Below are positions 49,490-64,000 of a stretch of 64,000 nt of DNA, in pieces. The position numbers and the translations under genes were made by a program. Position 1 is the first letter of the stretch; each line of letters opens with the position of its first letter. Under the pieces are notes generated by a model. It ran no database searches, was not told the DNA's origin, and saw nothing but the letters and a program-made list of their open reading frames with translations. Source of the stretch: Saccostrea echinata (lineage: Eukaryota); the NCBI RefSeq assembly GCF_033153115.1, contig NW_026889758.1:53816001-53880000 (forward strand), written 5' to 3'.

Positions 49490-50736
49490 GTTTTTATAAT
49501 AAATGTAACTTGCAAAAATCCTTCAAAATATTCGGGGTTTTTTTCCTCAGAAAAGGAAAACACATCAGAAATAAAACTGTATATGAAACAAAACTTAGGT
49601 CTTAGTCTATACTGTTCCTGTACAATAAATAAATTGTATGGCGAATATTCTACGGACAAACCCAGATGTTCTTAATGGTTCCCGGCTGTGCCTACTTAAT
49701 CTCCTATAAATCCCTCCGCCGGACACTGTCGTAACTCTAGAGACATAACCTCGAGTCCCATAAGGTAAACTTGGTCTTCATCACCATAAAAAGCTCTTTG
49801 GTCGTCCATAAAATAAACACAATTTTGACTAAGCCACGGTGCAACACTAAATTAGTTGTCGACACCTGCAGAACTACTCATTGCAGTAATCACCGGACTG
49901 ATAGATAATCAAAACGTCGTAAAAAAAAAAGGAGAGAAAAAAAAGAAGTACGTTTAGATTGTGTGCATTTAAGCCCTAAAGGCTGAATTTATCATTGTCT
50001 TTCGAAAGGAAATGCACAACTGCATTTTAAACAAAAGCAGAAAATACTAATCGATAATGTTAAGGCACTGCTGTAGCAAAGAACTCCAAACGAAGTATAC
50101 ACATTTATAAACTGTACCAATTCTATCCGCTTGTGTTTTATCCATTCAACTTAGAGGCCACCAAACAAAGCGTACTGTTAGTTATATATATTTTATCAAC
50201 TAATCAGCAATTATTTTCTAAATATTCTAAATACATATATGTCTTTCATTTACTAGGCCAATGGATCGTTTCCCTCCGAAGATAGTCTATATATACAATG
50301 CACTAAGCAAAATCATAAAACACAATGATCATACAACGTAGGTGTTGTCTCTGAAAGAACTGCAGATTTTCGATTTGAAAATTTATATACAATAATTAAT
50401 TTGAATAAATTGAAAAATGCATATATTAACTTTGCAAACATAAATAAGCAAACACTGATTCCGTCGTATGCAGGGAAAATTGCACGCATTCCCAATTAAT
50501 ATAGCTAAATATATAAAACTCCATACAATATAATATCATTATATCGGGAGTACCTGCTAATTAAGCATCAAGCGTGTAAATACCACTTCTGTTTGAATGC
50601 ACACTTTGATCTTGTAATGTGATCTTTATTTAGATCAATGACATATACAAGATATAAGATCTTTAAGGGTAATGATCACACGAGCGGAATATAATAGTGT
50701 TCACTTTTTCAAACTGTCCATATTTAAACATATATA

Positions 50737-50740
<4 letters not shown>

Positions 50741-50781
<41 letters not shown>
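50741..50781. repeat. (CT)n microsatellite
   Basis: Direct observation. Followed by three ~27-bp tandem units at ~50811-50890. Confidence 0.97.
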
Positions 50782-50785
<4 letters not shown>

Positions 50786-51783
50786 ATAAAGGAGTAATAT
50801 ATGAAATATGACTATATAATAGCAATATTCTTGTATAACTATCTGAAAGCAATATTCCTATATAACTATCTAATCGCAAAATTCCTATTTAATTGAAGGA
50901 AATAGAAATTGTAAATACCTGTACAACAAGGTGTAGACTATGCATTTAGAAATCTGCACCATATTAATTTTAATATGCTGCTAAAAATTATTTGGTTCAT
51001 CGAGTTGGTCTTTTACAGGCAAGTTACTTGTCAAGTGTTCAATGGACTCGTATTAAGCCTTTTGTAAATGTAAGGAACTTCCAAATTCAATATATGATAT
51101 AGAAATATCGATTTCTTCCTATCTCTTTTCAATTGTGCAGTAGAAAGAAGACTTTAAAAAAAGGAATGTTCTATTTCTATTTGAACGGATTTTTCCACAA
51201 CAAAACTTATTAAAGTACTTAATGATTAATGCGCCGCTGAATGCTTTTTAACAAGGAAATTGACGAAACACAACTATTCCTTCTATACACAGGACGGCGG
51301 TCTATTTGGTTGTTCATAATGTACAGCGTACAATGCTGTGCAGTACAACAAAAACTGTTGGTAAGATATGTTTTTTATACGAATTAGTTAAAATATTTCT
51401 CACAATTAATTATATATGATTGCTCTCTACATTACTATGTATGATCTTAATTAAATATACGTCAGACGTTTTAATTTCGTTTTTTTTTCAAGCCCAGTGC
51501 GCATTTTTTTAAATTATTCATTTAAACGTAAGAACTTTGGACACAAGGATATTTGCTTTAGTAAAGTTAACCGAGATACATATTCTTTTTTATTTTAATT
51601 GAAGGTATATCTACGAAAGGCCGGGTTTGACGTCAAAATGTAAATACTCTGTATATGCATTCATTCACATTCTGAAAAAAAGGAACCAAATCGCTAACAC
51701 CTCTCGGATTAAGACCGATTATTACAGCACAGCGGTCGATAAATTTGTGTGCATTTTGTATGTTGACCTCTTATTAAGGAGAA

Positions 51784-54700
51784 ATGGCGAGATTACGAGA
51801 AGGCAAGTTATACAAACTTCTCAAAGAATCTGACGATGCAGATGAAGTGTTTGATGCTTGTTACAACTATGCTTACAGTGGCAAGGACCTTAACGCACGA
51901 GATGAAGAGACGGGGGAGAGTTTTATGCACCTCCTGGCGGAGGAGATCCGCCACTTCACGAGCGCCCGTGGGGTGGGGATCATATATTTGATGGCGTGTA
52001 AAGGCATGGATCTAGATATTGCTGATATTAATGGGGACACGTTTCTCCACAAGATTTGTCGGAAACCACATACCCATCGTGTACTGGTCTCTGTTATTCG
52101 GTAAGGACACAGCATGAAGACTATGGTGAATTTGTCATTCTATGCTTTTTAAAATTGAAAATATGACCCTTTATTATCCCCATGAATTTCAGTAATAGGA
52201 AAATCAAATATTTTAAATCTAAATGAAAAAAAAAATTTTTTTTTTTTTGCTCTTCAAGGATATAGTGTCTTTCTGACGTTCTTGTGCAAGTATTTTATTA
52301 TCAATAAAAATCTGCAATAAGAATATATAATGACTATATAATCCATATACAACAGATATATTTACCGAAAATATATATTTATATCTCATTTGCACACATA
52401 TATATGCAGAAGTGTAAGCGAAATTTCTTTAAAAGTTTTCCTGGATTTAATTTATTTTTGATTATTGTTTTATCACATCAAAGAACGAACTTCTGTTACG
52501 TCCACAAAATTTCATCTCATTTCCTGCTTTTTTAAACCAGAATCGTTTGTTTAAACATGTCATTTAAATGATGTTCGTGTTAACTATCTGACAAACCACA
52601 TAATGAGAAGCGTTGTATTATTTTTCTTATATAAAGGAAAACCGGATACATTTCAGTATTTTCGTCTAAAGTCTTTATACACTTGTACACTTAAAATCTA
52701 AATATAAAAAATACATTGTTACGAGAAATCGAATTCAATGCTCAAAAAATCATTTTAATTTTTTTTTTTTTTTTTTGTGTATTATTTTTGGTAGGAGTGG
52801 GGCGGATCCATTAATTCGCAATAAGAAGAGCCAGACACCAGCCGATGTTTTACTGGAGGAGAAACCCGAGGGATGGGAGGAGACTCTTCATTACTACAAC
52901 ATGTTCAAACCTGGTAATAACACGGAATAACATCGTCGGATACCCACGGGCGATCTCGTCTTTTACTAATCACCCATGGGTTACCCGTATCCGACGAGGA
53001 CTGAATAAGTGACCGACACATGTACAGAGTTATTCATTTGAAACGAAAGTCGTATTTATATAATGTATATTTCCTTCATTTGTAAATGAACAGACGAAAA
53101 CAAAAGGGGATTCACCCTATTATTTTTTTTTTATATTTAAGTCAAGTCTGTAAAACTTACTTCGGGACATTCGTTCCATCTTTGTTTATCGATGCCATTT
53201 GCTAAAGTACACTCGTATATATAAGAAAATTTGCCCCCTGTGTCATACTGTGAAATTCCTTCGACCCAGTGTATAGAGTTGCCAAGATGAAATTAGCTTT
53301 CGTAAAATTGTCAAATCCGGGTCGCTCTCCACGCTCTCCATTTAATCGATCACTTTTTAAACGCCATGTTAAAATTGCGTGTGTTTGTGTTTTTAAGGCG
53401 TTATCTTTTTTTAAAAAATACTAATATTCATAAACTTTCAGTGTATCTACTAAAATCGGACGTGAAAGTGTGCTTTTTTAAAAAAAAAAAAAAACAAGAT
53501 TGGAAAATGGTACAGAAATTTTATCAAATTTGTTTTTCTTTAAACTGTACAAGCGATACTTTTAGCAAAATTATGATTCCCCACCCCTCAAAGAAAAAGA
53601 ATGGGGTGATCCTATATACGAAACAAGTGTCTGTGTGTATAAGAGTAAAAACTACATCAAAACTTACCACTCAAACTTGAGAAATAATTCTTTAAATGAT
53701 ATCTTGGTTAAATAGGTGCATCAGACACAAGTTTTCGGTAAATAAATAACAAAAATAGATGTCTAATAAACTGTTATTTTCGATGAAAAATGAAGTTAAA
53801 TAATTGGGAACTTTTTTCAATACCACAAAAATGTATCCAGAGATTGCCTAATGTCCAAACTAATATCTTGACACCTCAATTCTCTTGTCTAGGTTTGTAC
53901 CGCGCTCTTCAAGAAGACAACCCAGACAGAGAGCTGATACGTCGTCTGTTGAAGTTTTGGTGCCGTGTAACTGTGGTCAAGAATCGCCAGACAATCCACC
54001 TTAAGTCCCGACTCTTAGAGACAGCTTATGGGCGGAATCTCGTAGAGCTCATAGAAGAGTACGAAAACACAAACGAATTCATCCCCGCCTTGCTTGAGTG
54101 TGAGGCTAAGCTAATTAGACAGTGGATTAAAGATCGTAAGATTGATGTTTGTTTGTTAGAGAAGGAAGGGGGAGGGAACGAAATTACATGAAGTCTTTTT
54201 TAAAATAAATATGCAAATTATATTGACAAAAAAAAAATGCCCCGCCCTCTTATCTACCTCAGTCTTGTCAATCGTAAATACCTTCATTGGCATACCGGTT
54301 TTCTAAATCTACGTCATCATAATGTTTTTTTTTTTTTTTGTTACAGAAATTATAGTAAACATCAACGTCAACACCAAAGACTACAGTTACCAGTTTGCGG
54401 CCCCTAATACACCAATAGCCCCACGCCCGCTCCTGGTGGCCGTTTGGGAGACACGATGTTTGGAGACAGTCGACATAATGATGGAGCTCGGTGCCGACAC
54501 TAGTGTACTCTTTTCATCAGAACCAGATAAAGAAAAACCTAAGCCTCTCTTTTTCCACGTAAGTAGCATTACCCTGCATGTACATGTATATGTTTTCACT
54601 TATTTTTCTGTGAATTTTTATGCAAATTAATTACAATCAGTTTGATTTTGCGTTGTGTAAGGCTAAATGTGTAAGGCTAGCTTTTATTACTTTGCGACAC

Positions 54701-57075
54701 AATGATAGCCAAATATAATTATATGCTATAATTCACTCATAATTATACCCCCCGCAAACGAAGTTTAGGGGGGGTATATTGGAATCACCATGTCCGTCTG
54801 TCTGTCCGTCTGTCTGTAGACGAGATTTTGTCCAGGCCGTTTCTTGGAAACTATTGCAAGGATTTGTCTGAAAATTTGTACACTTATTATTCACCATATG
54901 AAGGTGTGCACCTGGTTTTTTCATTATGATTGGATAATTTTTCTGCATTTTACAGGTCTTTTTTTCATTTTTATTGTGTGGTTTTGTCCGGACCTGTTCT
55001 CAGAGGCTATTGCATAGATTTGTATGAAAATTTGTACACTCATTATTTACCATATGAAGATGTACACCTGGTATTTTCAACATTATTTGATAATTTTTCT
55101 GCATTTTACAGATGTTTTTTTTTTCATTTTTATTGAAAAAGTCATTATGGGTTTATAAATGTCTAAGGTTTGAGACATAGAATCTAGAACATCTGAAGTG
55201 TACAAAAATGTGAACTACAGCTTAAAGCTACTCATTAAAACTGAAAAAAAACATCACCAGGTATTAAAAACAGTTTTTACATTACACAGCAGATAGTGTA
55301 AATCCATTTGTCCCTTGGGAGTAATGAGTGGACATGCATCCAGTTAAAGATTAATTAATGAGTTCAGTGTGGGAAGCTGTTAAGGCATCTCTGATCAAGC
55401 AGGTCTTATCTATATCTCCTGGGAATTGGGCAGAAAGAAATAAAGATCTCTGTTGTCTAAGTCTCTTAATTGTAATTTATGTCTGTCAAAATACATAGTT
55501 ACTGGAACCAGCCTTTTATTTTTAAAATGAGTTTGATATAAAGGTATTAAGATCAATTTGATTTTGTATAATTAATTATCATGATATTTTTTTTTCAACA
55601 ATCAATTTGCAGAGTGTCATGTCTCACAAAGATGACAGATAGTTGCAAACTATTTCTTCAATGTAATAAAAAAACACTGTAATTATTAGTATTGATGTTT
55701 TATTAGGCTGTACCTTAATTTCATTCATTAAAAAAAATATAATGAGTAATTAAATTTTCACTCTAAATGTTAAAGCAAATTGTGAACACCTCTCACATCT
55801 AGAGAACATTGGTGATTTGGTACCTTCTCTGAAAAACCCAGCGGGGGGTATTTGTCCCTTTCGGACAGTTCTAGTTATCATTTATCAAGGCATAATTTCA
55901 TATCAAAGGACATTTTAACCCTGCAAATTTTGACAATAAGGAGTAGGTCTGAATTTTAAAAATTCAAAATTTCGAAAGTCAGCATCGCATGATTGTGTTC
56001 TCATTCCGCATTTACAGCCGCTGGTATAATTTCCAGCATAAAATTTATCAGATGGTTAATACTTCGAAAAGAGATGAGATTTCACTCCTCCATAAGCGCT
56101 TGCCTCAGCTAAGTTGTGGCGTTTGAAGTCGAATATATGGAAATCAAATTTGTTAATCCATTTCGTACCATAATTGCTCAAATGGAGACATCGCGGGACT
56201 AAATAGTGATCATTCTGTGTGTTTTTTGTTGATCACATGGAAACCTTGGTAGCAACGTGCGTTCTTGTCGTGTGAAACGTGTTTGTAAAGGGATGACCTG
56301 TGTGCTTTGAGGCCTGCCTCTATGAAACTATTGCTTACAGTTTTCTGTCTAATTCTGGCATTCCAGCGTCCAGGAATCTTGCAGTTACTCTTGCAGTTTG
56401 AAACTACTTTATTTTAACAATGACAAGATGCCATTGCAATAGACCAAGTGAAATATGCATATCTTTTCCCTTTCAATATATTTATCAAAATTAAGAAAAA
56501 GCCCCCCCCCCCTCTTTCTCTCTCCTAAATAGTAAATACGTGTATTTGGTTTTGTGAAAACAATACTGTGTACTATCTGTTGGGGGATTCTGTCAATTAT
56601 GATAAGAGCCAGTATTCAGTATTGCTCTACAGCTAGATAACACAAGTTTGGTAATCTTTGATTGACTTATGACTCTTTCAAATACCTTAAATATCCATAA
56701 TTGTCTATTTTAAAACCTATTTTACTAATTAAAACAAATACATTGTACATAAATTACAACAAAGTAATTATTTAGTTCCTCATGTCAACAAGTACTTTAT
56801 TTCTTTGCGTCATACTACACATCAGATCGCATATAGTTATAACAAACATATATACAATATTAAAAGATATAACAATATGAGAGTGAGCATAATCAAGAAA
56901 TAGCAAGTAAACTATGTAGGACGTGCATTGCAGGAATCAACCAGCATTCTTTCATATTTTCATTATAATGTCTGTTGCTTATACATAAGTAATGTTAATT
57001 AACTGGTCAAACAATGCTGATTTCATTTCAAACTTTATTTCTTTTCTTTAATGCTCAAATAACATACTCTGTTGA

Positions 57076-57161
<86 letters not shown>

Positions 57162-59602
57162 TCCCCCCTCCACCGTGCCACCGCTTCAGGAGGAGGTTGC
57201 TGAAGGTGAGGAAAATCAGACTTAACGCGGACATTCAGTACTATGCAGTATAACCTCTGCAGTGGGTTTAATTTCCCCCACCATCCACCCTTCCTACATA
57301 TCTATTTTATACAAATTTTGTCTGATCTTGGGCATAATTTTTTAAAATTTGCATAAAGTCACTTCTTAACAAAGTTAGACAACTTAACTTACGTCCCTTT
57401 GAAATACGCACATAGAGCGTTGATGAAATCTGGATTATATTTATGCAAATTTTAGATCACCTTGTGCAAATGAAGTTTTGCAACAAATAAAGATTTTAGA
57501 TGAATTAGTACCCCAGAAGATTTGATAGCGTATCAAAGCAGGTAAACAGGTACCAACTAGTGCGCTTCGGGTTAGATTGAGCGAATTTCTTTCATTAACG
57601 AAGTACCGCTAGATTTGTGTTAACTTGCGCTTTTGTTTCCAAACCAATATCTCGGAACGACTTTACCGGTCCCCAGAAAAACGCGCTAAAATATAGTGTC
57701 GCCGTAGGCGACTTCAATATATATGAGATCGCGTGAGCGATCGAAAAAAAAAGTATGAGGTTTTAAGCCTCTTTGAGCCCAAAATCGAATTTTATGGCTA
57801 AAAGTATAGTTCAAATTCTCACCAGATATTTAAAAAAATTCCCTGAAGATTCGCAGCAGTGTTAAGGCGTACTTCGAAGAAATCAACAGAATATAACCGT
57901 GCAAAAATACATACCTTTTTTAACTGAATTATTTTTGTAAAGGTACTATATTATCACATGGCTTTAAATATTATTTGAAATAACATTGTTATACCTCGCT
58001 CTGTACTGAATTTGATTTGGTCACGTTATTTGACAGTCACGTGATAAATGCATATAATGTGTACTGTATATAGGTCACAAACAAATTTCAATATCGCAAG
58101 GGCATACCCTAGTTAAAATTAAAAAATTAAGTAACAAATTGTTTCTGCATAACTTGTAGTTTATGGAAAGTGCTGCTGCTTTAAATAGAATTCGCATTTT
58201 AATAGTTTAAATTTCAAGTTATCTGGTTTATGTCGAAATATCTGTGACCTTTATCAAGTATTTTATGTAGTAATTAAGTAATGCTCTCGATTTCAGGAAA
58301 GTAGCAGCACTTTTCAAGTTAAGGAATATGTCTGTTATGTATATTCAAAAAATGGTCAAGATCTATTACTCTTATGCAGTTTAGAATCGCAAATTATTTC
58401 ATTTTCTGTTATTGTGAGGAATTGCTATATTTGTGTGATGTCTCAGAAAACTTTTCCCGTATAAATTAGGCCCCGCCCCCTTTATGCAGCCTTAACAGAG
58501 CTGCGTTGCAAAAATGGTTCAACGACATAGGTCTGTAGAGACAACTATAAAGGGTTAGGAGGTTAGATAAAATATACAGGTTGGTTATAGAATATGTCTA
58601 GAATTAGGGGATGAAAGGTCGTTGATTGAACAATGCTGGAAAGTAGCGAAATACTTCCCCAAAGTGCGCAGAAAATCTTGCGCCGTAAATTGCACTTTAT
58701 TTACATTACGGGATCTGTAGCGTTATGATCAAAGACTGAAATATCAAACTATAACGCTACAGGTCTGCAGCTAAATTATGATAGGAGTAATGCTTTACAC
58801 AAGTTCGGTAATCTTTTATTGACTTACGACTCTTGCAAGTACCTTAAATATCCATTATTGGCTATTTTAAAACCTATTTCACTAATTAAAACACACACTT
58901 TACAATGTATTACAACGGAGTAATTATTAAAATACATTTTTTTAATACTCAAATAACATACTCTGTTGCCTATAGTGATAACTAATTTTTATTAGTTTAG
59001 ACCGAAAATTATTTTAAGATTGCACCATAGCTTTTTCACAACTCTCATATCTTATAAAATTTATTAAAAGATCTATCTTAATCTTAAGACAACTAGATAC
59101 CTGTCTTAAGTCTAAAGTGAACATGGCGACAGTATATCTTTTGGCCCAAAACCGAATAATTTTTAAAAGAGAACGGTTTTTATAGATATGTGCGATAGAA
59201 CAATCCTTTGGACTATATCAGGCCAGTCGGAACAATGACCCCCCCCCTTTTCCGCCTATAATAATTCTGCCAATAAATACTATACGATAGAAAACAAAAT
59301 ATACCTACTTTATGGTCCCCATTATTCTTATTTGCTTGTGCCCCCTTCCAACTGAAATTCACGCCCCCCCCTCCGCCCCCAGCTAGAACTTCCTTCTTCC
59401 GGCCATGTATACATGAATGTATTGTAAGATCCAGGTATTATTTAAAACTTCATTCAAAATTATTTAATTTTGAATTCATTATATTTTCATCATTTCATCA
59501 TATTTTCTATTTCTAAGCATCACTACTTATGTAATTTTGAAAATGACTAACGCGATTCGAGATACATGTACAGTGTAATTGATTTATTGATATGTTTTCG
59601 TA

Positions 59603-59669
<67 letters not shown>

Positions 59670-62600
59670 GGTTCGGACAAGTCCCACCCATGAAAGTACA
59701 TTGTAAACAAAATCGAACTTTGGTGTAGCCACCTTGCATTTTTAAGCGTTTTACAATAATTTATTTTGTTACATTGTGGTGATTTTTTTTCCTAGAAACT
59801 AAACAGTCTTTCAGTCTTACAAACTTAGATGAAAATCAAATAGTTTAAGTTCTTGAGGTACCCCCATTAATCCGCCGGAATGTTTATGAAAAATCATTAT
59901 AATTACTGCTGTACCATTTGATGCTACATGTTTTCTACATAGCAATTGAAACTGTTAAATTCTGATTGGAAATTGTTCTTTCGTTTCTCTAATTCCTCTG
60001 TTACCACTGTTATTTCGTTGCAGTAGTTCATCGGCTCAGACCCTACATAGATTTTTATGAACGAACCGGGGGGGGGGGGACTGTGAACACGAGTTGGCGT
60101 TTCAACCGAATTTATTGGAAAGCCATTCATTATTTGCAAAGGAATAAATGCAGTTGTGGATTGCAAAAGTAGAATCATATATATTTTGTCAGCAACTATT
60201 ATTTTATGAGCAAAAAGACATTTAAGAAAATTTTATTCAATAAATTTTCGTAATGAAATTTATTCAAATTAGCTTTTCTGACCCCCCCCCCCTCCCCTTT
60301 CAAAGTACATTGAAGCCGATGCAATAAAATGCTGTTTGTTTGTTTTTTCTGAGAATATAACTGCAAAAGAAATTATTTGAGACACACTATTATTTCAATA
60401 GTTTAAAGAAAATGAAAGAAAGATAACTAAACTTCTTGCAAACATATTTATTTTTTAATTTCCTCGTGACATTGAAGCATGAAATTGTCTTAAGACTTGT
60501 CTTAAGATTTCTTACACTTAAGATAGTTTTTGTGAAATAGCAGTGACAAATCTTATGATTATCATAAGTCATATCTCAAGATAACCTTAATTAGGACAAA
60601 TCTTACAAAAGTTTTGTGAAACCCGGCCCTAAATTTTCTCCCTGCTTTGGGAGGAAATTGCTGACAGGTGAGGAACATCAGATCAAACTCAACGCGAACA
60701 TTTCAGCTCTATGTTGTACAACATGCAGAATGATATATCTATGTGAATCCTCCCCCCCCCCCCTCTGCTTAAGGAGGAAGTTACTGACAGGTGAGGAACA
60801 TTATATCAAACTCGACGCGGACTTTTCAGACTATGCAGTACAAAATCTTCCGTGGGATTAATTTCCCCCACCATCCACCCTTCATACCTACCTATTTTAT
60901 ACAAATTTTGTCTGACCTTGGGCATATCTTTTTAAAATTTGCATAAAGTCACTTCTTAACAAAGATAGACAACTTAACTTACGTCCCTTTGAAATACGCA
61001 CCAAGAGCGTTGGTGCAATCTGGATTTTATTTATGCAAATTTTTGATCACCTTGTGCAAATGAAGTTTTGCAATAAATAAAGATTTTTAGATGAATCTGT
61101 ACCCGAGAAGAATTGCTTGCGTATCAAAGCAGGTAAACAGTTATCTACTAACAACGAATGCGCTACGGGTTAGATTGATCAACGAAGTACCGCTAGATTT
61201 ATATTAACTTGCGCCGGGTGTCCACTGAAAGTCCTATGTTATGAAAACCGAACTTTATTTCAAACCTACAAATGTATGTAGTCAGTGTATCTGTACTTTA
61301 TACATATGATCATGCATAAAATCCAACATTTATAACTGCCTCTATGAAACTATTGCGTACAGTTTTCTCCCTACGTACATAGAGCGTTGGTGGCAATCTG
61401 GATTATATTCTTAGGTCACCCTGTGCAAATGAAGTTTTGCAACAACAAAAGACTTAAGATGAATAAGTACCTCAGAAGCTGCTAGCGTATCGAAGCCGGT
61501 AAACAGCTATCAGCTAACAATGAATGCGCGACGTGTTAGATTGAGTTTCTCTCATACGAAGTACCGCTAGATTTGTGTCAACTTGCATGGGGTGTCCACT
61601 GAAAGTCCTAGGTTATGAAACCCGGACTTTTTTTTTTCAAACCTACAAATGTATCTATAGTTAGTATCTCTGTACTTTATACATTCATATTTCACGTATT
61701 CCCCACGCAATATCCAAATTCCCTGTGTGTGATTATAATTAATACTGTGAGAAATGACAAGTATTTTATGGCACGTTCTAGAATTGATTAATCCCAGGTT
61801 CACGGCCTGAATGGAATAATATTGTTAAATTGTATAATTACTGCATGGGAAGTGTTCTGTCTCTAATATGTTCAACATTTTAACCGTATATCAGCATATC
61901 TTATGCTCTTACACAGTGATAGTCTTTATTTCAAAATTTGTCTGACAAGCTGGATTAGATTTTGCACTCAAGACTGTTTTCAACTCTAATTAAAGAAATA
62001 CCCTGATATACTATCTTTGCGACAGATAATTGTCTTGACTTGTTATTTCCAAATATGAATGGCTTCCGTATCGGAATCTTTCTTATATCCTGTTCTCGGA
62101 GAAGTAAACTGTAGTCAATTAAAAAAATGGCATACAAGTGTATTTGTGTCTGGATAATTTGTCGGAACTAAACATCCATATTTGTTTTATGAAAATTGTC
62201 TTGCCTTGTGAAAAAAATACAGAAGAATACAGTTTAAGGCTGTTTTTTGTTTTAAAACTTACGACGTTTCATAAGAAATGCAATTTATAATTTTAAACTG
62301 CCCTGCGAGGAAAATTAACATTTTAACAAGACAATTCTGTTGTCTATCCCAGTGAGTTATCTCTCTTATCGGAAATCAACGGACCTTAAAGTGAACATAC
62401 TAGTAATTTAAGGACATACGCAACGTAGTTTGAACTTTATTGTCTTTTCCCCTGGAGTTGAAGAGTTCCAATACTTAAAGGAACCGTGTGCTACAATTTA
62501 ATGTCTATATATGCTGTTGTACACTTCTTCTAAAACAAGTTTGGATAAACAAAACATCTAGAATATAATTATGTTTAGTAATTTTTGTATATTTTTCTTT

Positions 62601-63704
62601 GAATTATACAAGAATTTTCATCAATTGATATCTTTTTTAAACCCCTGGTAATGCATGCTGATTTTTTGTCTACGAACATCTGGTGGCACTATAATCATAA
62701 ATTAAGAATATCTTGAAAAATTATCAGTAGGTATGGTACGTTGCGTATGTCTTTAAACATTTTTTTCCCTTTTTACTCGTAGGTTCTAGGTGGCCCTTTC
62801 AAACCATCAGATGAAATTGCCTACCGGATATTACGTGGCTCTAATCTCAACGTCAGGGATCTCAATGGACGAACAGTTTTGTTTGAAGCCATTTCACAAG
62901 ACTCATCAGAAATAATGATTAATTTTCTACTCAGTCAAGGAATCCGGATAGGATTGCGCGATAAACAAGGATTTACAGCATATGATATTGCCAAGAAAGA
63001 GAAAAAACTACATTACTGTAAACTTTTAGATAATCACGTGATCAGCCTCGTTCGGGATTGTGACATGTCACGTGTTGAGGATATGATTCTACTGGGATAT
63101 GACCGAGTTCTGAAAGCTAAGGATAAGGATGGGGTGACGGCCCTTGGGATAGCAAGAAATAGTGAATCTACACAACTGAGAGAAACACTGAACAAATTTA
63201 AAAATGTTCAGGTACAGTGTAATTGATGCCATATATTCCATGCAACAACAACATTGTATAGTAAAATACAGTTATAACAGAGATAATCTTAAACTGCATC
63301 TCATGCAATAAAAATCTTAAATTGCATCCCATGCAATAAATAGTGAACTATGATAATAACAGAGAGATAATTTCCCCTAAAAGCTATTTGCTTAGTTTCA
63401 TCATCTCGGTGATAAATGTACATGTATGTATGACTATATCCAGGATTTCAATTTCGAATGATTTGCTACAAGCGTATTTTACTGTAGAAATCACTTTCTG
63501 TTACAGGAACACATTTGCAAATTATTCCAAACTACACACGAAGGTGATCTACAGCAATTAAAGAATTTATTGGGAAGGAAGTATTATTGTGCTCAGGATA
63601 TTTGTGGGAGAAATGTCCTTCATATTGCTGTTATGCATCAGTATAAGTCAATAGTAGAATACCTGTCAACTCACTATCCTCAGCTTCTCAACATGCAGGA
63701 TAAT
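51784..63704 (+). CDS. Ankyrin-repeat protein (at least 6 coding exons; continues past the right edge)
   Basis: Exons 51784-52100, 52795-52913, 53893-54135, 54347-54558, 62783-63211, 63507-63704, all GT-AG and in phase. Ankyrin motifs DINGDTFLHKIC, GADPLIRNKKSQTPAD, DLNGRTVLFEAI, DKQGFTAYDIA, DKDGVTALGIA, DICGRNVLHIAV. Confidence 0.92.
54743..55876 (+). mobile_element. Well-preserved Helentron/HINE-like element
   Basis: Subterminal IR taccccccgc / gcggggggta, 5' hairpin, GTCC/GTCT microsatellite, two ~160-bp tandem units (54826-55135), 3' hairpin tgtccctttcggaca plus ctagtt. Confidence 0.85.
55985..56430 (-). pseudogene. Decayed, internally deleted Tc1-type transposase fragment
   Basis: Hand translation with frameshifts gives FQTARVTAR..IPGRWNARIRQKTVSNSFIEAGLKAHR (Tc1 HTH region, consensus ..TVRNRL.EAGL.ARR) and LRQALMEE*NLISFRSINHLINFM...AAVNA (Tc1 C-terminus, L..AL.EEW..I....I..LI.SM). 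Confidence 0.7.
57079..57158. repeat. (AT)n microsatellite
   Basis: Direct observation. Confidence 0.97.
57195..61685. repeat. Dispersed local duplications within the ankyrin gene intron
   Basis: ~430-bp block at 57195-57630 repeated at 60780-61215, with a partial third copy at 61375-61685. Also 56640-56775 matches 58797-58930. Confidence 0.9.
59603..59667. repeat. (AT)n microsatellite
   Basis: Direct observation. Confidence 0.97.
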
Positions 63705-64000
63705 GTAAGAACATTGTGGCCTAACTGAAAAATCCATTTATTATTGTTTTTGTATGTAGGTTCCTCGAAGGGAAACATTAGCAGAAGAATTGAGCACTTC
63801 TTAAAGATATGTCTTTGGATTCTTTAGTCACACGTATGAGCTTTTAGTGTGATGTTCGAAAATATAGATAACAACACGTGTATAGATGTTCTGGTGAAAA
63901 ATAATTGCTTTTCAGGCAAACTATTTTGTGATTTTTTATTTAATTTCGATTTTTTTCATCTTAATTGCTATCAGAGACTGTAGTTACTGTCGTGTAAACT

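Overview
AT-rich, intron-rich animal genomic DNA. The repeat types suggest a bivalve mollusc, probably an oyster; this is inference. All gene models were spliced by hand from splice signals and reading phase. Left to right: (1) a 9-exon secreted RNase T2 (- strand, 3' end outside the window); (2) a tandem pair of two-exon genes encoding unrecognised ~215-aa putatively secreted, furin-cleavable, 5-Cys proteins (+); (3) a 20-coding-exon mitochondrial pyruvate carboxylase (-), head-to-head with (4) TAF6L (+), which has a long charged, SP/His-rich tail; (5) MRPS36/KGD4 (-); an assembly gap; (6) an intronless 116-aa tail-anchored protein with four PKA-type motifs (-); (7) a large ankyrin-repeat gene (+) running off the right edge, whose 8.2-kb intron holds decayed Tc1 transposase fragments. 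Non-coding DNA carries Helentron-type (HINE) elements, many small MITEs, a tRNA-derived SINE and microsatellites. Best novelty candidates: the orphan secreted gene pair, the PKA-motif tail-anchored protein, a 30-bp minisatellite that multiplies a PC splice donor in frame, a candidate 18-nt PC microexon, and ET-binding-like motifs in the TAF6L tail.
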